This document shows positions 30,806 to 40,248 of a stretch of DNA of 64,000 nt, one piece after another; within the stretch, counting starts at the first letter, position 1, and every line of letters starts with the position of its first letter. Source of the DNA: an uncultured Advenella sp. (GTDB lineage Bacteria; Pseudomonadota; Gammaproteobacteria; Burkholderiales; Burkholderiaceae_B); the NCBI GenBank assembly GCA_964588255.1, contig CAZPNE010000002.1, positions 15,757 through 79,756 of the forward strand. Direction: 5' to 3'. The notes under the pieces were generated by a model. That model was not told the origin of the DNA. It made no database searches and saw only the letters and a list, made by a program, of their open reading frames with translations. Both the position numbers and the translations under genes were made by a program.

Positions 30806-32398
30806 ATGCATCAACGTATTTTAATTCTTGATTATGGTTCTCAGGTAACGCAGCTTATTGCGCGCCGTGTTCGTGAAGCGGGTGTTTACTGTGAAATTCA
30901 TCCTGGTGATGTATCTGAAGCATTCCTTAAAGAACAGCATTCACAGGGTCTTAAAGGTATTATTCTTTCTGGTAGCCACTCTTCTGCGTACGATGAAAGC
31001 TCATTGAAAGTGCCCGCACTGGTTTTTGAACTGGGTGTGCCTGTTCTGGGTATTTGTTATGGCATGCAGGCTATGGCCATGCAGCTCGGTGGTAAGGTGA
31101 GCTGGTCAGACCATCGCGAATTCGGCTATGCCGAGGTTCGTGCACACGGTCATACCGCCTTGCTTAAAGGTATTCAAGACTTTGAAACCCCCGAAGGCCA
31201 TGGCATGCTGAAAGTCTGGATGAGCCATGGCGACAAGGTTACCGAATTGCCCGAGGGCTTCAAACTGATGGCATCAACCCCATCATGTCCTATTGCCGGT
31301 ATTGCAGATGAAAAACGTCATTTCTATGGCGTCCAGTTTCACCCCGAAGTCACCCATACGGTTAAGGGTCAGGCATTGTTAAGCCGTTTTGTAGTGGATA
31401 TCTGCGGTTGTGAGGGCGATTGGAATATGCCCGATTACGTTACCGAAGCGGTTGCCCGTATCCGTGAGCAAGTAGGTGAAGATGAAGTCATCCTGGGCTT
31501 GTCAGGCGGGGTTGACTCTTCTGTTGCGGCTGCGCTTATCCATAAGGCAATTGGCGATAAATTAACCTGCGTGTTTGTGGATCACGGTTTGCTGCGCCTG
31601 AATGAAGGTAAACAGGTCATGGAAATCCTTCATGAAAACCTGGGCGTTAATATTGTTCATGTTAATGCTGAAGCGAAATTCATGGGTGAATTGGAGGGCG
31701 TTACCGATCCTGAAGCCAAACGTAAAATTATTGGCCGTGAGTTTGTTGAAGTCTTCCAGGATGAAGCCGGTAAACGCAAAGATGCCAAATGGCTGGCACA
31801 GGGCACGATTTATCCTGACGTGATTGAATCTGCCGCCTCAAAAACCGGTAAGGCGGTTGCTATCAAGTCGCACCATAACGTGGGGGGCTTGCCCGAAACC
31901 CTGAATCTGCAATTGCTTGAACCTTTGCGTGAACTGTTTAAAGACGAAGTGCGTGAACTGGGCATCGCCCTGGGCTTGCCACATCATATGGTTTATCGCC
32001 ATCCGTTCCCTGGCCCGGGCTTGGGTGTTCGTATCCTGGGTGCGGTCAAGAAAGAATATGCCGATTTACTGCGTCGCGCAGATGCTATCTTCATTGAAGA
32101 ATTGCGGAACATGATTGATCCTGAAACCGGACGTAGTTGGTATGACCTTACATCGCAGGCATTTGCGGTCTTCCTGCCCGTCAAATCAGTGGGTGTCATG
32201 GGCGATGGCCGTACTTATGAATACGTGGTGGCCTTGCGTGCCGTTCAAACCTCAGACTTCATGACGGCCGATTGGGCACCTTTGCCATATCCGTTGCTGG
32301 CCAAGGTTTCGGGACGAATCATTAACGAAGTGCGTGGTATTAACCGCGTGGTTTATGATGTGTCCAGCAAACCACCAGCTACGATTGAGTGGGAATAA
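30806..32398 (+). CDS. guaA: GMP synthase (glutamine-hydrolysing)
   Basis: ILDYGSQ, GICYGMQ, QFHPEV, SGGVDS, and [10 protein letters not shown]-terminus; ATG at 30806. Confidence 0.98.
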   Translation: MHQRILILDYGSQVTQLIARRVREAGVYCEIHPGDVSEAFLKEQHSQGLKGIILSGSHSSAYDESSLKVPALVFELGVPVLGICYGMQAMAMQLGGKVSWSDHREFGYAEVRAHGHTALLKGIQDFETPEGHGMLKVWMSHGDKVTELPEGFKLMASTPSCPIAGIADEKRHFYGVQFHPEVTHTVKGQALLSRFVVDICGCEGDWNMPDYVTEAVARIREQVGEDEVILGLSGGVDSSVAAALIHKAIGDKLTCVFVDHGLLRLNEGKQVMEILHENLGVNIVHVNAEAKFMGELEGVTDPEAKRKIIGREFVEVFQDEAGKRKDAKWLAQGTIYPDVIESAASKTGKAVAIKSHHNVGGLPETLNLQLLEPLRELFKDEVRELGIALGLPHHMVYRHPFPGPGLGVRILGAVKKEYADLLRRADAIFIEELRNMIDPETGRSWYDLTSQAFAVFLPVKSVGVMGDGRTYEYVVALRAVQTSDFMTADWAPLPYPLLAKVSGRIINEVRGINRVVYDVSSKPPATIEWE

Positions 32399-32479
32399 GT
32401 GGCGGGGGCGGCAGTGCGCTTAGTGGGCGTTCTGCCTCTCTGCCAAAAAAAGATATTGAAATTACCAACGAGTAAACAC

Positions 32480-33190
32480 ATGAATACCAGCGAAAAAATT
32501 TATTCCGGCAAGACCAAAGACTTGTACACCCTGTCAAACGGCAACATCCTGCTTGTTTTCAAAGATGATGTTACGGGCGAGAACGGCGTTATCGACCCGG
32601 GCGCCAATACCGTTATTGGTCAAGTCGAGGGCAAGGGCCGCAAATCCCTGGCCATGACCGATTATTTCTTCAAGCGGCTTCACGCGGCCAGCATCCCCAC
32701 CCATTTCGTGCAAGCCGACCTTGAGAAAGGCACCATGGAGGTTCGTCGCGCCGAGCCATTGGGCAAGAGCATCAGCGGTACAGGTGGTCTTGAGTTCGTT
32801 TGCCGTACCCGGCCTTGGGGCAGTTTTCTGCGCCGTTACCAGCAGTACATTCCAGATGTAGACGGCAAGTTGGACTACCTGGTTGAGATCACGGTCAAAG
32901 ACGATGAGCGCGGTGATCCACTGATTAACGATGATACCCTTGTTGCCTTGGGCCTCGTCAGCCCGGCTCACCTTGAGCATGCCAAGGAACTCACCCGCCG
33001 CGTGTGCCGCATTGTTGAGGCCGACCTGCGCGACAAGGGTCTTACCCTGGTCGACATGAAAATTGAAATCGGACTGGTTGACGGCGAAGTCGTGGTGATT
33101 GATGAAGTATCGGCCGATGCCATGCGCGTCATGGACGAAGCCGGCAAGGTGCTCGAACACGCTACTGTCTACGAAAGCCTGATCCGCTAG
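32480..33190 (+). CDS. SAICAR synthetase (PurC)-like protein, atypical
   Basis: YSGKTKD, VCR...GSFLRR, KDDERGDP, DMKIEIG and DEVSADAMRV motifs; ATG at 32480; lacks the usual C-terminal DKxxxR. Confidence 0.8.
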   Translation: MNTSEKIYSGKTKDLYTLSNGNILLVFKDDVTGENGVIDPGANTVIGQVEGKGRKSLAMTDYFFKRLHAASIPTHFVQADLEKGTMEVRRAEPLGKSISGTGGLEFVCRTRPWGSFLRRYQQYIPDVDGKLDYLVEITVKDDERGDPLINDDTLVALGLVSPAHLEHAKELTRRVCRIVEADLRDKGLTLVDMKIEIGLVDGEVVVIDEVSADAMRVMDEAGKVLEHATVYESLIR

Positions 33191-34104
33191 ATCGGCGCAA
33201 CATAGCTGGCCTGTGATTTAATAAAGGGGCCCCGGGCCAGCGTTAGAAAGGCTTGTATGTAATCAATCGCGGTATCGGTTTCTCGCAAGCCCAGGAAAAT
33301 CTGCTTGGCAATGCCATCGGGCCCCAATCTTACTGGTGTGATGGGCAGCTTGTCTGCGTACTCTTCAACCAGCCAGCGCGGCAAGGCGGCTACCCCGCGA
33401 CCGCTGGCCACCATCTGCAACATAATATCCGTGGTTTCAATGGTTTTGTGGCGCTTGGGCGCAATGCCCGCGGGTAACAGAAACTGGTTATAAATGTCCA
33501 GGCGTTCCACGTCTACCGGATAGCTGATTAATACTTCCTTGGCAATGTGCGATGGTTTGGCATAGGCTGCATTGGCAAGCGCATGGTTTTTGGCAACCAC
33601 CAATACCTGTTCGTAGTCAAACACGGGCTCAAATTTCAGACCGGGTTTGTAGAGCGGGTCGGGGGTAACGAGCAAATCAATCTCATAACCCAAAAGTGCC
33701 CCCAGGCCACCAAACTGAAATTTCTGCTTCACATCCACATCGACATCGGGCCAGGCATTTAAATAGGGCGAGACGATTTTCAGCAGCCACTGATAGCAGG
33801 GATGACATTCCATGCCAATGCGCAGTGAGCCGCATTCTCCTTGCGCGAACTGGCGCAACCGTTCTTCAGCCAGATCCAGTTGCGGCAGCACGCGATTGGC
33901 GACAGCTAACAAATACTGCCCTGCCTGGGTAAGTTGCAGGCTGCGGCCTTCACGTCGCCAGATATCGGTGCCCAACTGTTGCTCCAGCTTTTTCATGCTG
34001 TGGCTAAGGGCCGATTGGGTAACATGCAGCATATCTGCGGCTGCGGTCATGGAGCCTTGTTTTTCAACTTGCTGCACAATGGACAAATGGATACGTTCCA
34101 GCAT
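33187..34104 (-). CDS. LysR-family regulator, MetR-like paralogue
   Basis: TQSALSH HTH, MECHPCYQWL and YPVDVERLDIY closely parallel the MetR at 51745-52668; divergent from mesX-mesD. Confidence 0.88.
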   Translation of the reverse strand: MLERIHLSIVQQVEKQGSMTAAADMLHVTQSALSHSMKKLEQQLGTDIWRREGRSLQLTQAGQYLLAVANRVLPQLDLAEERLRQFAQGECGSLRIGMECHPCYQWLLKIVSPYLNAWPDVDVDVKQKFQFGGLGALLGYEIDLLVTPDPLYKPGLKFEPVFDYEQVLVVAKNHALANAAYAKPSHIAKEVLISYPVDVERLDIYNQFLLPAGIAPKRHKTIETTDIMLQMVASGRGVAALPRWLVEEYADKLPITPVRLGPDGIAKQIFLGLRETDTAIDYIQAFLTLARGPFIKSQASYVAPI

Positions 34105-34109
34105 AATTT

Positions 34110-34145
34110 ATGATTAATATTCATGGATTAATGAAATAAGACCAT
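34110..34145. promoter_or_regulatory. Tandem LysR/MetR-type boxes
   Basis: ATGATTAATATTCAT (34110-34124; ATGA-N7-TCAT dyad, T-N11-A) and weaker ATGAAATAAGACCAT (34131-34145), 21 bp apart, in the divergent promoter. Confidence 0.65.
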
Positions 34146-34206
34146 TTTACTTCATGTAAATGCTTTCTTACAATGCAAGTTGTTGAAATGAGAGTGACTG
34201 ATCACA

Positions 34207-35184
34207 ATGAGTAAAGAATTTGCATTTAGTATTAAGCGTATTTGTTTTGATGAAAACTATCATCCAGCAGAAAATACACGCATCACCACCAACTTTGCCA
34301 ATTTAGCCAGAGGCAGCAGTCGGCAACAGAATTTGCGCAATACCTTAAGGATGATTAATAACCGCTTCAATGAGTTGGCGGATTGGGATAATCCTGAAGG
34401 CAATCGTTATTCGGTTGAGCTTGAGATTATTTCAGTGGATGTTGATATTGAAGGTAAGGGCGTTCCCTTTCCAGTGATAGAAATATTGAAAACCAATATT
34501 GTTGACCAAAAAGATAATCAGCGCATAGAAGGCATGGTAGGGAATAACTTTTCCTCTTACGTGCGGGATTATGATTTTAGTGTATTGCTCCCAGAACACA
34601 ATAAGCATAAAAATGAATTTACGCTCCCAGACGGTTTTGGTGAGTTGCACGGAAAATTGTTTAAATGTTTTGTAAATTCAAATGTTTACAAAGAAAATTT
34701 TAATAAATCACCCGTTATATGCTTAAGCGTTGCAAGCAGCAAGACCTATCACAGGACTGAAAACCGGCATCCTGTATTGGGGGTTGAGTACCGTCAGAAC
34801 GAGTCTTCTCCAACTGATCAATATTTTGAAAAAATGGGGCTGCGGGCTCGTTACTTTATGCCTGAAAACAGTGTTGCGCCGTTGGCATTTTATTTTCGTG
34901 GTGATTTGCTTAATGACTATACGAATCTTGAGCTTATAAGCACTATTAGCACGATGGAAACGTTCCAGAAAATTTACCGGCCTGAAATTTATAATGCCAA
35001 TTCTGCGGCAGGCAAATGCTATCAACCACGCTTAACGAACCAGGATCACTCATTAACCCAAATTGTCTACGACCGGGAAGAACGTAGCCAACTGGCTATT
35101 GAGCAGGGCAGGCTGACTGAAGAATATTTTATGAAACCATACCAAACCATTCTAAATCAATGGGCTGCTAACTACGCCCTTTAA
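34207..35184 (+). CDS. mesX: DUF1852 protein, putative oxygenase MesX
   Basis: TRITTNFANLARG, GNNFSSYVRDYDFS and METFQKIYRPEIYNAN motifs; directly upstream of a MesD-type synthase. Confidence 0.9.
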   Translation: MSKEFAFSIKRICFDENYHPAENTRITTNFANLARGSSRQQNLRNTLRMINNRFNELADWDNPEGNRYSVELEIISVDVDIEGKGVPFPVIEILKTNIVDQKDNQRIEGMVGNNFSSYVRDYDFSVLLPEHNKHKNEFTLPDGFGELHGKLFKCFVNSNVYKENFNKSPVICLSVASSKTYHRTENRHPVLGVEYRQNESSPTDQYFEKMGLRARYFMPENSVAPLAFYFRGDLLNDYTNLELISTISTMETFQKIYRPEIYNANSAAGKCYQPRLTNQDHSLTQIVYDREERSQLAIEQGRLTEEYFMKPYQTILNQWAANYAL

Positions 35185-35208
35185 TTAATCAAAAAAAAAC
35201 TATTTATT

Positions 35209-36237
35209 ATGAAAAAATTATTACCCACTTCAACGGCTGGCAGCTTGCCTAAACCTTCCTGGCTTGCACAACCCGAGACACTTTGGTCTCCCTGGCAATT
35301 ACAAGGTGAGCAATTAATTGAGGGCAAACAAGATGCTTTACGTTTGTCATTGCAAGAACAGGAAACAGCAGGTATTGATATTATTAGTGATGGCGAGCAA
35401 ACCCGTCAGCATTTTGTGACCACGTTTATTGAACACCTTAGCGGTGTTGACTTTGAGAAACGGGAGACCGTGAGAATCCGTGATCGCTACGATGCGAGTG
35501 TGCCAACGGTGGTGGGTGCTGTGGCCCGCACAAAGCCCGTTTTTGTTGAAGATGCCAAATTTTTACGTCAGCACACCAGGCAGCCTATTAAGTGGGCGTT
35601 GCCGGGTCCCATGACCATGATTGATACGCTTTATGACAGCCATTATAAAAGCCGTGAAAAACTGGCCTGGGAATTTGCCAAAATCCTTAATCAGGAAGCC
35701 AAAGAGTTGGAAGCGGCTGGGGTAGACATCATTCAATTTGATGAGCCTGCCTTTAATGTTTTCTTTGATGATGTGAATGATTGGGGTATTGCCACCCTTG
35801 AAAGGGCCATTGAAGGACTTAAATGTGAAACGGCCGTGCATATTTGCTATGGTTACGGCATTAAAGCCAATACGGATTGGAAAAAGACGCTAGGGTCAGA
35901 GTGGCGCCAATATGAAGAGTTTTTTCCAAAGCTGCAAAAATCCAGGATAGATATCATCTCGCTGGAATGTCAGAATTCTCATGTTCCCATGGATCTTATC
36001 GAGCTCATTCGAGGCAAGAAAGTGATGGTAGGGGCTATTGATGTGGCAACTAATACCATTGAAACGCCAGAGGAAGTGGCCAATACCCTGCGAAAAGCAC
36101 TTCAGTTTGTCGATGCCGATAAGCTTTATCCTTGTACTAATTGTGGAATGGCACCCTTGTCCCGTCAAGTAGCAAGAGGTAAGTTGCATGCCTTGAGTGC
36201 AGGTGCAGAAATAGTACGTAAAGAACTTTTGGCCTAG
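35209..36237 (+). CDS. mesD: Core (folate-independent) methionine synthase MesD
   Basis: 342 aa, MetE C-terminal domain only: TAGSLPKPSW, SDGEQTR, Zn ligands in VHICYGY, SLE and CTNCGM; paired with DUF1852. Confidence 0.88.
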   Translation: MKKLLPTSTAGSLPKPSWLAQPETLWSPWQLQGEQLIEGKQDALRLSLQEQETAGIDIISDGEQTRQHFVTTFIEHLSGVDFEKRETVRIRDRYDASVPTVVGAVARTKPVFVEDAKFLRQHTRQPIKWALPGPMTMIDTLYDSHYKSREKLAWEFAKILNQEAKELEAAGVDIIQFDEPAFNVFFDDVNDWGIATLERAIEGLKCETAVHICYGYGIKANTDWKKTLGSEWRQYEEFFPKLQKSRIDIISLECQNSHVPMDLIELIRGKKVMVGAIDVATNTIETPEEVANTLRKALQFVDADKLYPCTNCGMAPLSRQVARGKLHALSAGAEIVRKELLA

Positions 36238-36266
36238 CGGACTTTGTTGCGGAGTTATTTATGCGT

Positions 36267-36620
36267 TTAACCCAACAGGTCAATACCAAAGAGTAGCAGT
36301 ACGCGGGAAAATACGGCAAAACAAGCGATAGTCAACAGCACCGAGGCAGCGACTGCTCCCCAGAAACCAAACTTGCCCAAAAACCAGGGGAACACAATAA
36401 ACATGGGTAAGGTTGGTATGACATACCAGAACGTGTAATAGGCATGGTTGGCGATTTTTTCGGCACTTTGTTTTTCGAAGTACAGCCAGAACAGGGTTAG
36501 CAACGTCACCAGGGGTAGGGATGCCACCAGACTGCCCAGACGATCACTACGCTTGGCTATTTCGGAAATCAGCACGACCAATCCGGCTGTCACAAGATAC
36601 TTCGTTACGACCCACAACAT
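36267..36620 (-). CDS. Small 4-TM membrane protein (DUF3147-like)
   Basis: ISEIAKRS...GSLVASLPL and FWYVIPTLPMF motifs. Confidence 0.75.
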   Translation of the reverse strand: MLWVVTKYLVTAGLVVLISEIAKRSDRLGSLVASLPLVTLLTLFWLYFEKQSAEKIANHAYYTFWYVIPTLPMFIVFPWFLGKFGFWGAVAASVLLTIACFAVFSRVLLLFGIDLLG

Positions 36621-36881
36621 CCCAGCTAACCTTTAAAAAATTCAGCGCCACTCTTCTCTCTATATTGCCATCTTTATTGGCGTATGCAACAATAACAGAT
36701 TGCAAGCGATTAATTAATCGGCGGTTGCGAATTTGAGTACGCTTAGTGCTATCTCTCTCCATAAAAAAATTGGTAAGCATGGTGTTTTTCATGATTTTTC
36801 AGTATTTTGATTTTATTTTATAAGTTTTTGAAAAGTATAGAATCTATGCTTCTATTAATAATAGAGTGGGAGTAACTCCAG

Positions 36882-37358
36882 GTGTCACTGGCAGACAAGC
36901 ATGAAATGTTCATGCAAATGGCTTTACAACAGGCGCAACTGGCGTATGATTGCGCAGAAGTGCCGGTTGGCGCGGTAGTGGTTAACAGTGAAGGAGATAT
37001 TATTGGCAAGGGCTATAATCGCACCATTACTGATTCCGATCCAACTGCGCATGCAGAAATTGTTGCTTTGCGTCAGGCTGCGGCTCATGAGTGTAATTAT
37101 CGTTTGCCCGACCTGACAGTCTATGTAACACTTGAGCCTTGCGTTATGTGTATTGGTGCATTAACGCATGCCAGGATCGCCCATGTGGTTTATGGTGCTT
37201 CCGATCCAAAAACAGGTGCCTGTGGCAGTGTTTTGTGCATTCAGGCCAACAAAAAAATCAATCATCACACAAAAATAACATCGGGTGTCTTGGAACAGGC
37301 ATGCGCAGAAAAGCTGCGACGCTTTTTCAGGGAACGCAGAAAAGGATCAAGATCATGA
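36882..37358 (+). CDS. tadA: tRNA adenosine(34) deaminase
   Basis: EVPVGA, AHAE, TLEPCVMC, DPKTGA. Confidence 0.95.
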   Translation: MSLADKHEMFMQMALQQAQLAYDCAEVPVGAVVVNSEGDIIGKGYNRTITDSDPTAHAEIVALRQAAAHECNYRLPDLTVYVTLEPCVMCIGALTHARIAHVVYGASDPKTGACGSVLCIQANKKINHHTKITSGVLEQACAEKLRRFFRERRKGSRS

Positions 37359-38503
37359 ACGCAAGCGCAGAGCATCACAACAAGAAAGATAAAACCCAGG
37401 AAGAAATCGAACGTTTAAACGATGTCCAGATTTTATTGGATGAGGCCGATGACGTACCCGTGCCCATTTCTGTCTACGAAGACCCAATTGGTTTATACCT
37501 GCTTTCACCATCAGGTGCCTTGCAGGATCCGGCCAAACTGACACTGGCCGAGAAACGGCTGACTAAAATGGGCTTTCGGGTGGCCATAGACAAAGCGGCT
37601 GATGCCAGGGATTTGCGTTTTGCCGGTACCGACAAGCAAAGAGCACAGGCGTTTTCCCGTGCGGCTAAAGATAGCAGCCCGGTAGTGATGGCAACCCGCG
37701 GCGGATATGGTATTAGTCGGATCCTGCACCAGATAGACTGGAAATTGCTTGGAAATAATCCCAAGAAATACATTGGTTACAGTGACTTCACCGCTTTCAA
37801 TTTGGCCTTGCTGGCAAAAACCGGTTTAAGCAGTTATACCGGTCCTGCCGCCGTATCCGACTTCGGCAACAAGAAAATAGACGATTTGACGGCCGAGATT
37901 TTTGTGGAAAGCATGCGCGGTGAGCTGGAAATTTTAAGTTTTGAGTCACCCGAATCAGATCCTGTTGATGCCAGAGGCACGCTTTGGGGCGGTAATTTGG
38001 CGATGATTGCATCACTTGTTGGCACGCCTTATTTTCCCAAGATCAAAAACGGTATTCTGTTTTTTGAAGATGTCGGCGAACATCCTTACCGGGTTGAACG
38101 TATGCTTACCCATTTGTTGCATGCCGGCATTTTGCAAAAGCAGAAAGCCATTGTGCTGGGGCATATTACCGATTACAAACTGACCGAAACTGATAACGGC
38201 TATGATATGCCCCATGTTATCAAGTGGCTCAAAGATCAGGTGAATGTGCCGGTTGTATATGGTCTGCCTTATGGTCACGGAGAGGTTAGGGTCACCTTAC
38301 CCATTGGGGAAAAGGTGGGGGTTGCCACTGAAGACGGGATGGCTTATTTGGTGCTTGATGAGCATGAGCACACGCATGAGTCTGAGGCATCCACGCAAGA
38401 CAGTAGCGAACATAGCCATATTCATGAAGGCCTGCACTTGCATATACATGATGAGCCTACGTTGGCAAGCAAGGGAAAAACCAAGAAAAAGAAGAAAAAA
38501 TAA
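37355..38503 (+). CDS. ldcA: LD-carboxypeptidase (peptidase S66, LdcA-like)
   Basis: TRGGYG, IGYSDFT, GGNL, FFEDVGE and PYGHG motifs; ATG 37355 overlaps the tadA stop; His/Lys-rich tail. Confidence 0.88.
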   Translation: MNASAEHHNKKDKTQEEIERLNDVQILLDEADDVPVPISVYEDPIGLYLLSPSGALQDPAKLTLAEKRLTKMGFRVAIDKAADARDLRFAGTDKQRAQAFSRAAKDSSPVVMATRGGYGISRILHQIDWKLLGNNPKKYIGYSDFTAFNLALLAKTGLSSYTGPAAVSDFGNKKIDDLTAEIFVESMRGELEILSFESPESDPVDARGTLWGGNLAMIASLVGTPYFPKIKNGILFFEDVGEHPYRVERMLTHLLHAGILQKQKAIVLGHITDYKLTETDNGYDMPHVIKWLKDQVNVPVVYGLPYGHGEVRVTLPIGEKVGVATEDGMAYLVLDEHEHTHESEASTQDSSEHSHIHEGLHLHIHDEPTLASKGKTKKKKKK

Positions 38504-38646
38504 TCATCAATTATTGAAAAAAAGCCTTAAATTCAATAATTAAGGCCTTATTTTGTTAAAATTACGTCTATATTCAATCTTGAAATGTCTTTTCCCGCAG
38601 GAAAAGGCATTTTTCTTTGCAAGCAACTTTTTCATTAAAAATTATC

Positions 38647-40248
38647 GTGATCTCTACAGCAAATCTTACCATCCAGTTCGGACCCAAACCCCTGTTTGAA
38701 AATGTCAGTGTTAAATTCGGTGGAGGCAACCGTTATGGCCTGATTGGTGCCAATGGTTCTGGTAAATCCACTTTCATGAAAATTATTGGTGGTGACCTTG
38801 AGGCAAGCTCAGGCAATGTTTCACTGGATCCCGGTGTGCGATTGGGTAAGTTGCGTCAGGACCAGTTTGCCTATGAAGACATTCGTGTGCTGGATGTGGT
38901 AATGATGGGCCACGCTGAAATGTGGGAGGCCATGAGTCAGCGTGATGCCATTTACGCCAATCTTGAAGCGACTGATGACGATTACATGCGTGCAGCCGAG
39001 CTGGAAGCCAAATTTGCCGAATACGATGGCTATACTGCCGAAGCCCGTGCCGGTGAATTGTTGCTGGGACTGGAAATACCGGTTGAACAACATAACTTAC
39101 CCATGAACGAAATTGCACCGGGCTGGAAGCTGCGTATCCTGTTGGCGCAAGCCCTGTTTTCCAACCCCGATGTCCTGCTGCTTGATGAGCCCACCAACAA
39201 CCTGGATATAAATACCATTCGCTGGCTCGAAGGGGTGCTTAACAGCTATCAAAGTACCATGATCATCATCAGTCACGATCGTCACTTTCTGAATCAAGTC
39301 TGTACCCATATGGCTGACCTGGATTATCGTGAAATCCGTATTTATCCGGGTAATTATGACGATTACATGCTGGCTTCCACCCAGGCACGTGAAAGGCTGA
39401 CCTCTGATAATGCGAAGGCCAAAGAGCGTGTCATAGAACTACAAGATTTTGTGCGTCGTTTTGCCGCTAATAAATCCAAGTCACGCCAGGCCACTTCACG
39501 CCTGAAGCAAATTGACCGCATCAAGTCTGAAACCGTTGAAGTCAAGCCGTCTTCACGGCAGAACCCTTATATCCGGTTTGAACAGGAAAAAGTCCTGCAT
39601 CGCCTGGCGGTAACCGTAGAGAAAGTTAGCAAGGCTTTTGATGCGCCGGTTATTAAGAATTTTTCTGCCATGATAGAAGCAGGTCAGAAAATTGCCATTA
39701 TTGGTGCCAATGGCGTAGGTAAAACAACGATGTTAAGATTGTTTGCCGGTGACCTGAAACCAGACAGCGGAACGGTCAAATGGTCTGAAAATGCCGATAT
39801 CGGTTATATGGCCCAGGATGTTTCCGATTATTTTCAGGCAGATATTAATGTGTTTGACTGGATGGGACATTACCGCAAGCCAGGTGATGAAGACCAAGCT
39901 ATTCGCTCGGTGTTGGGACGCTTGTTGTTTTCTGCCGATGATATTGTCAAGCAGGTCAAGGTTTTGTCGGGTGGTGAGAAAAACCGCATGACATTCGGCC
40001 GTCTTATGCTTGGGCGGCATAATGTGTTGCTGTTAGATGAACCCACCAATCACCTGGATATGGAATCCATCGAATCGTTACAGTTTGCCCTTGAAAAATA
40101 CGCTGGCACGCTGATTTTTGTTTCGCATGACCGTGAATTCGTTTCAGGCCTGGCTGACCGTATCATTGAAATTATGCCTAATGGCGAAATTGTTGATTAC
40201 CAGGGTGGTTACGAAGATTATCTGTCTTCACGCGGCATTGAGGGTTAA
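38647..40248 (+). CDS. ybiT: ABC-F family ATPase (YbiT-like)
   Basis: Two ABC domains, no TM segments; GNYDDYM linker, [10 protein letters not shown]; GTG start at 38647. Confidence 0.88.
   Translation: MISTANLTIQFGPKPLFENVSVKFGGGNRYGLIGANGSGKSTFMKIIGGDLEASSGNVSLDPGVRLGKLRQDQFAYEDIRVLDVVMMGHAEMWEAMSQRDAIYANLEATDDDYMRAAELEAKFAEYDGYTAEARAGELLLGLEIPVEQHNLPMNEIAPGWKLRILLAQALFSNPDVLLLDEPTNNLDINTIRWLEGVLNSYQSTMIIISHDRHFLNQVCTHMADLDYREIRIYPGNYDDYMLASTQARERLTSDNAKAKERVIELQDFVRRFAANKSKSRQATSRLKQIDRIKSETVEVKPSSRQNPYIRFEQEKVLHRLAVTVEKVSKAFDAPVIKNFSAMIEAGQKIAIIGANGVGKTTMLRLFAGDLKPDSGTVKWSENADIGYMAQDVSDYFQADINVFDWMGHYRKPGDEDQAIRSVLGRLLFSADDIVKQVKVLSGGEKNRMTFGRLMLGRHNVLLLDEPTNHLDMESIESLQFALEKYAGTLIFVSHDREFVSGLADRIIEIMPNGEIVDYQGGYEDYLSSRGIEG

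Larger units (their letters stand above)
32384..36875. mobile_element. Degenerate genomic islet integrated at the guaA 3' end (no integrase left)
   Basis: ATTGAGTGGGAATAA (32384-32398) recurs as ATAGAGTGGGAGTAA (36861-36875), 13/15 identical; the genes between are accessory and uneven in composition. Confidence 0.5.

Noticed and set aside
32399-32479. Possible ZTP or purine riboswitch before the purC-like gene
   Set aside because: Only GC-rich GGCAG/CTGCC pairing is present, without the conserved aptamer nucleotides.
32534-33160. 208-aa antisense ORF inside the purC-like gene, and similar long antisense ORFs in purL, guaB and sucC
   Set aside because: Shadow frames produced by codon bias of the sense gene; no recognisable motifs.
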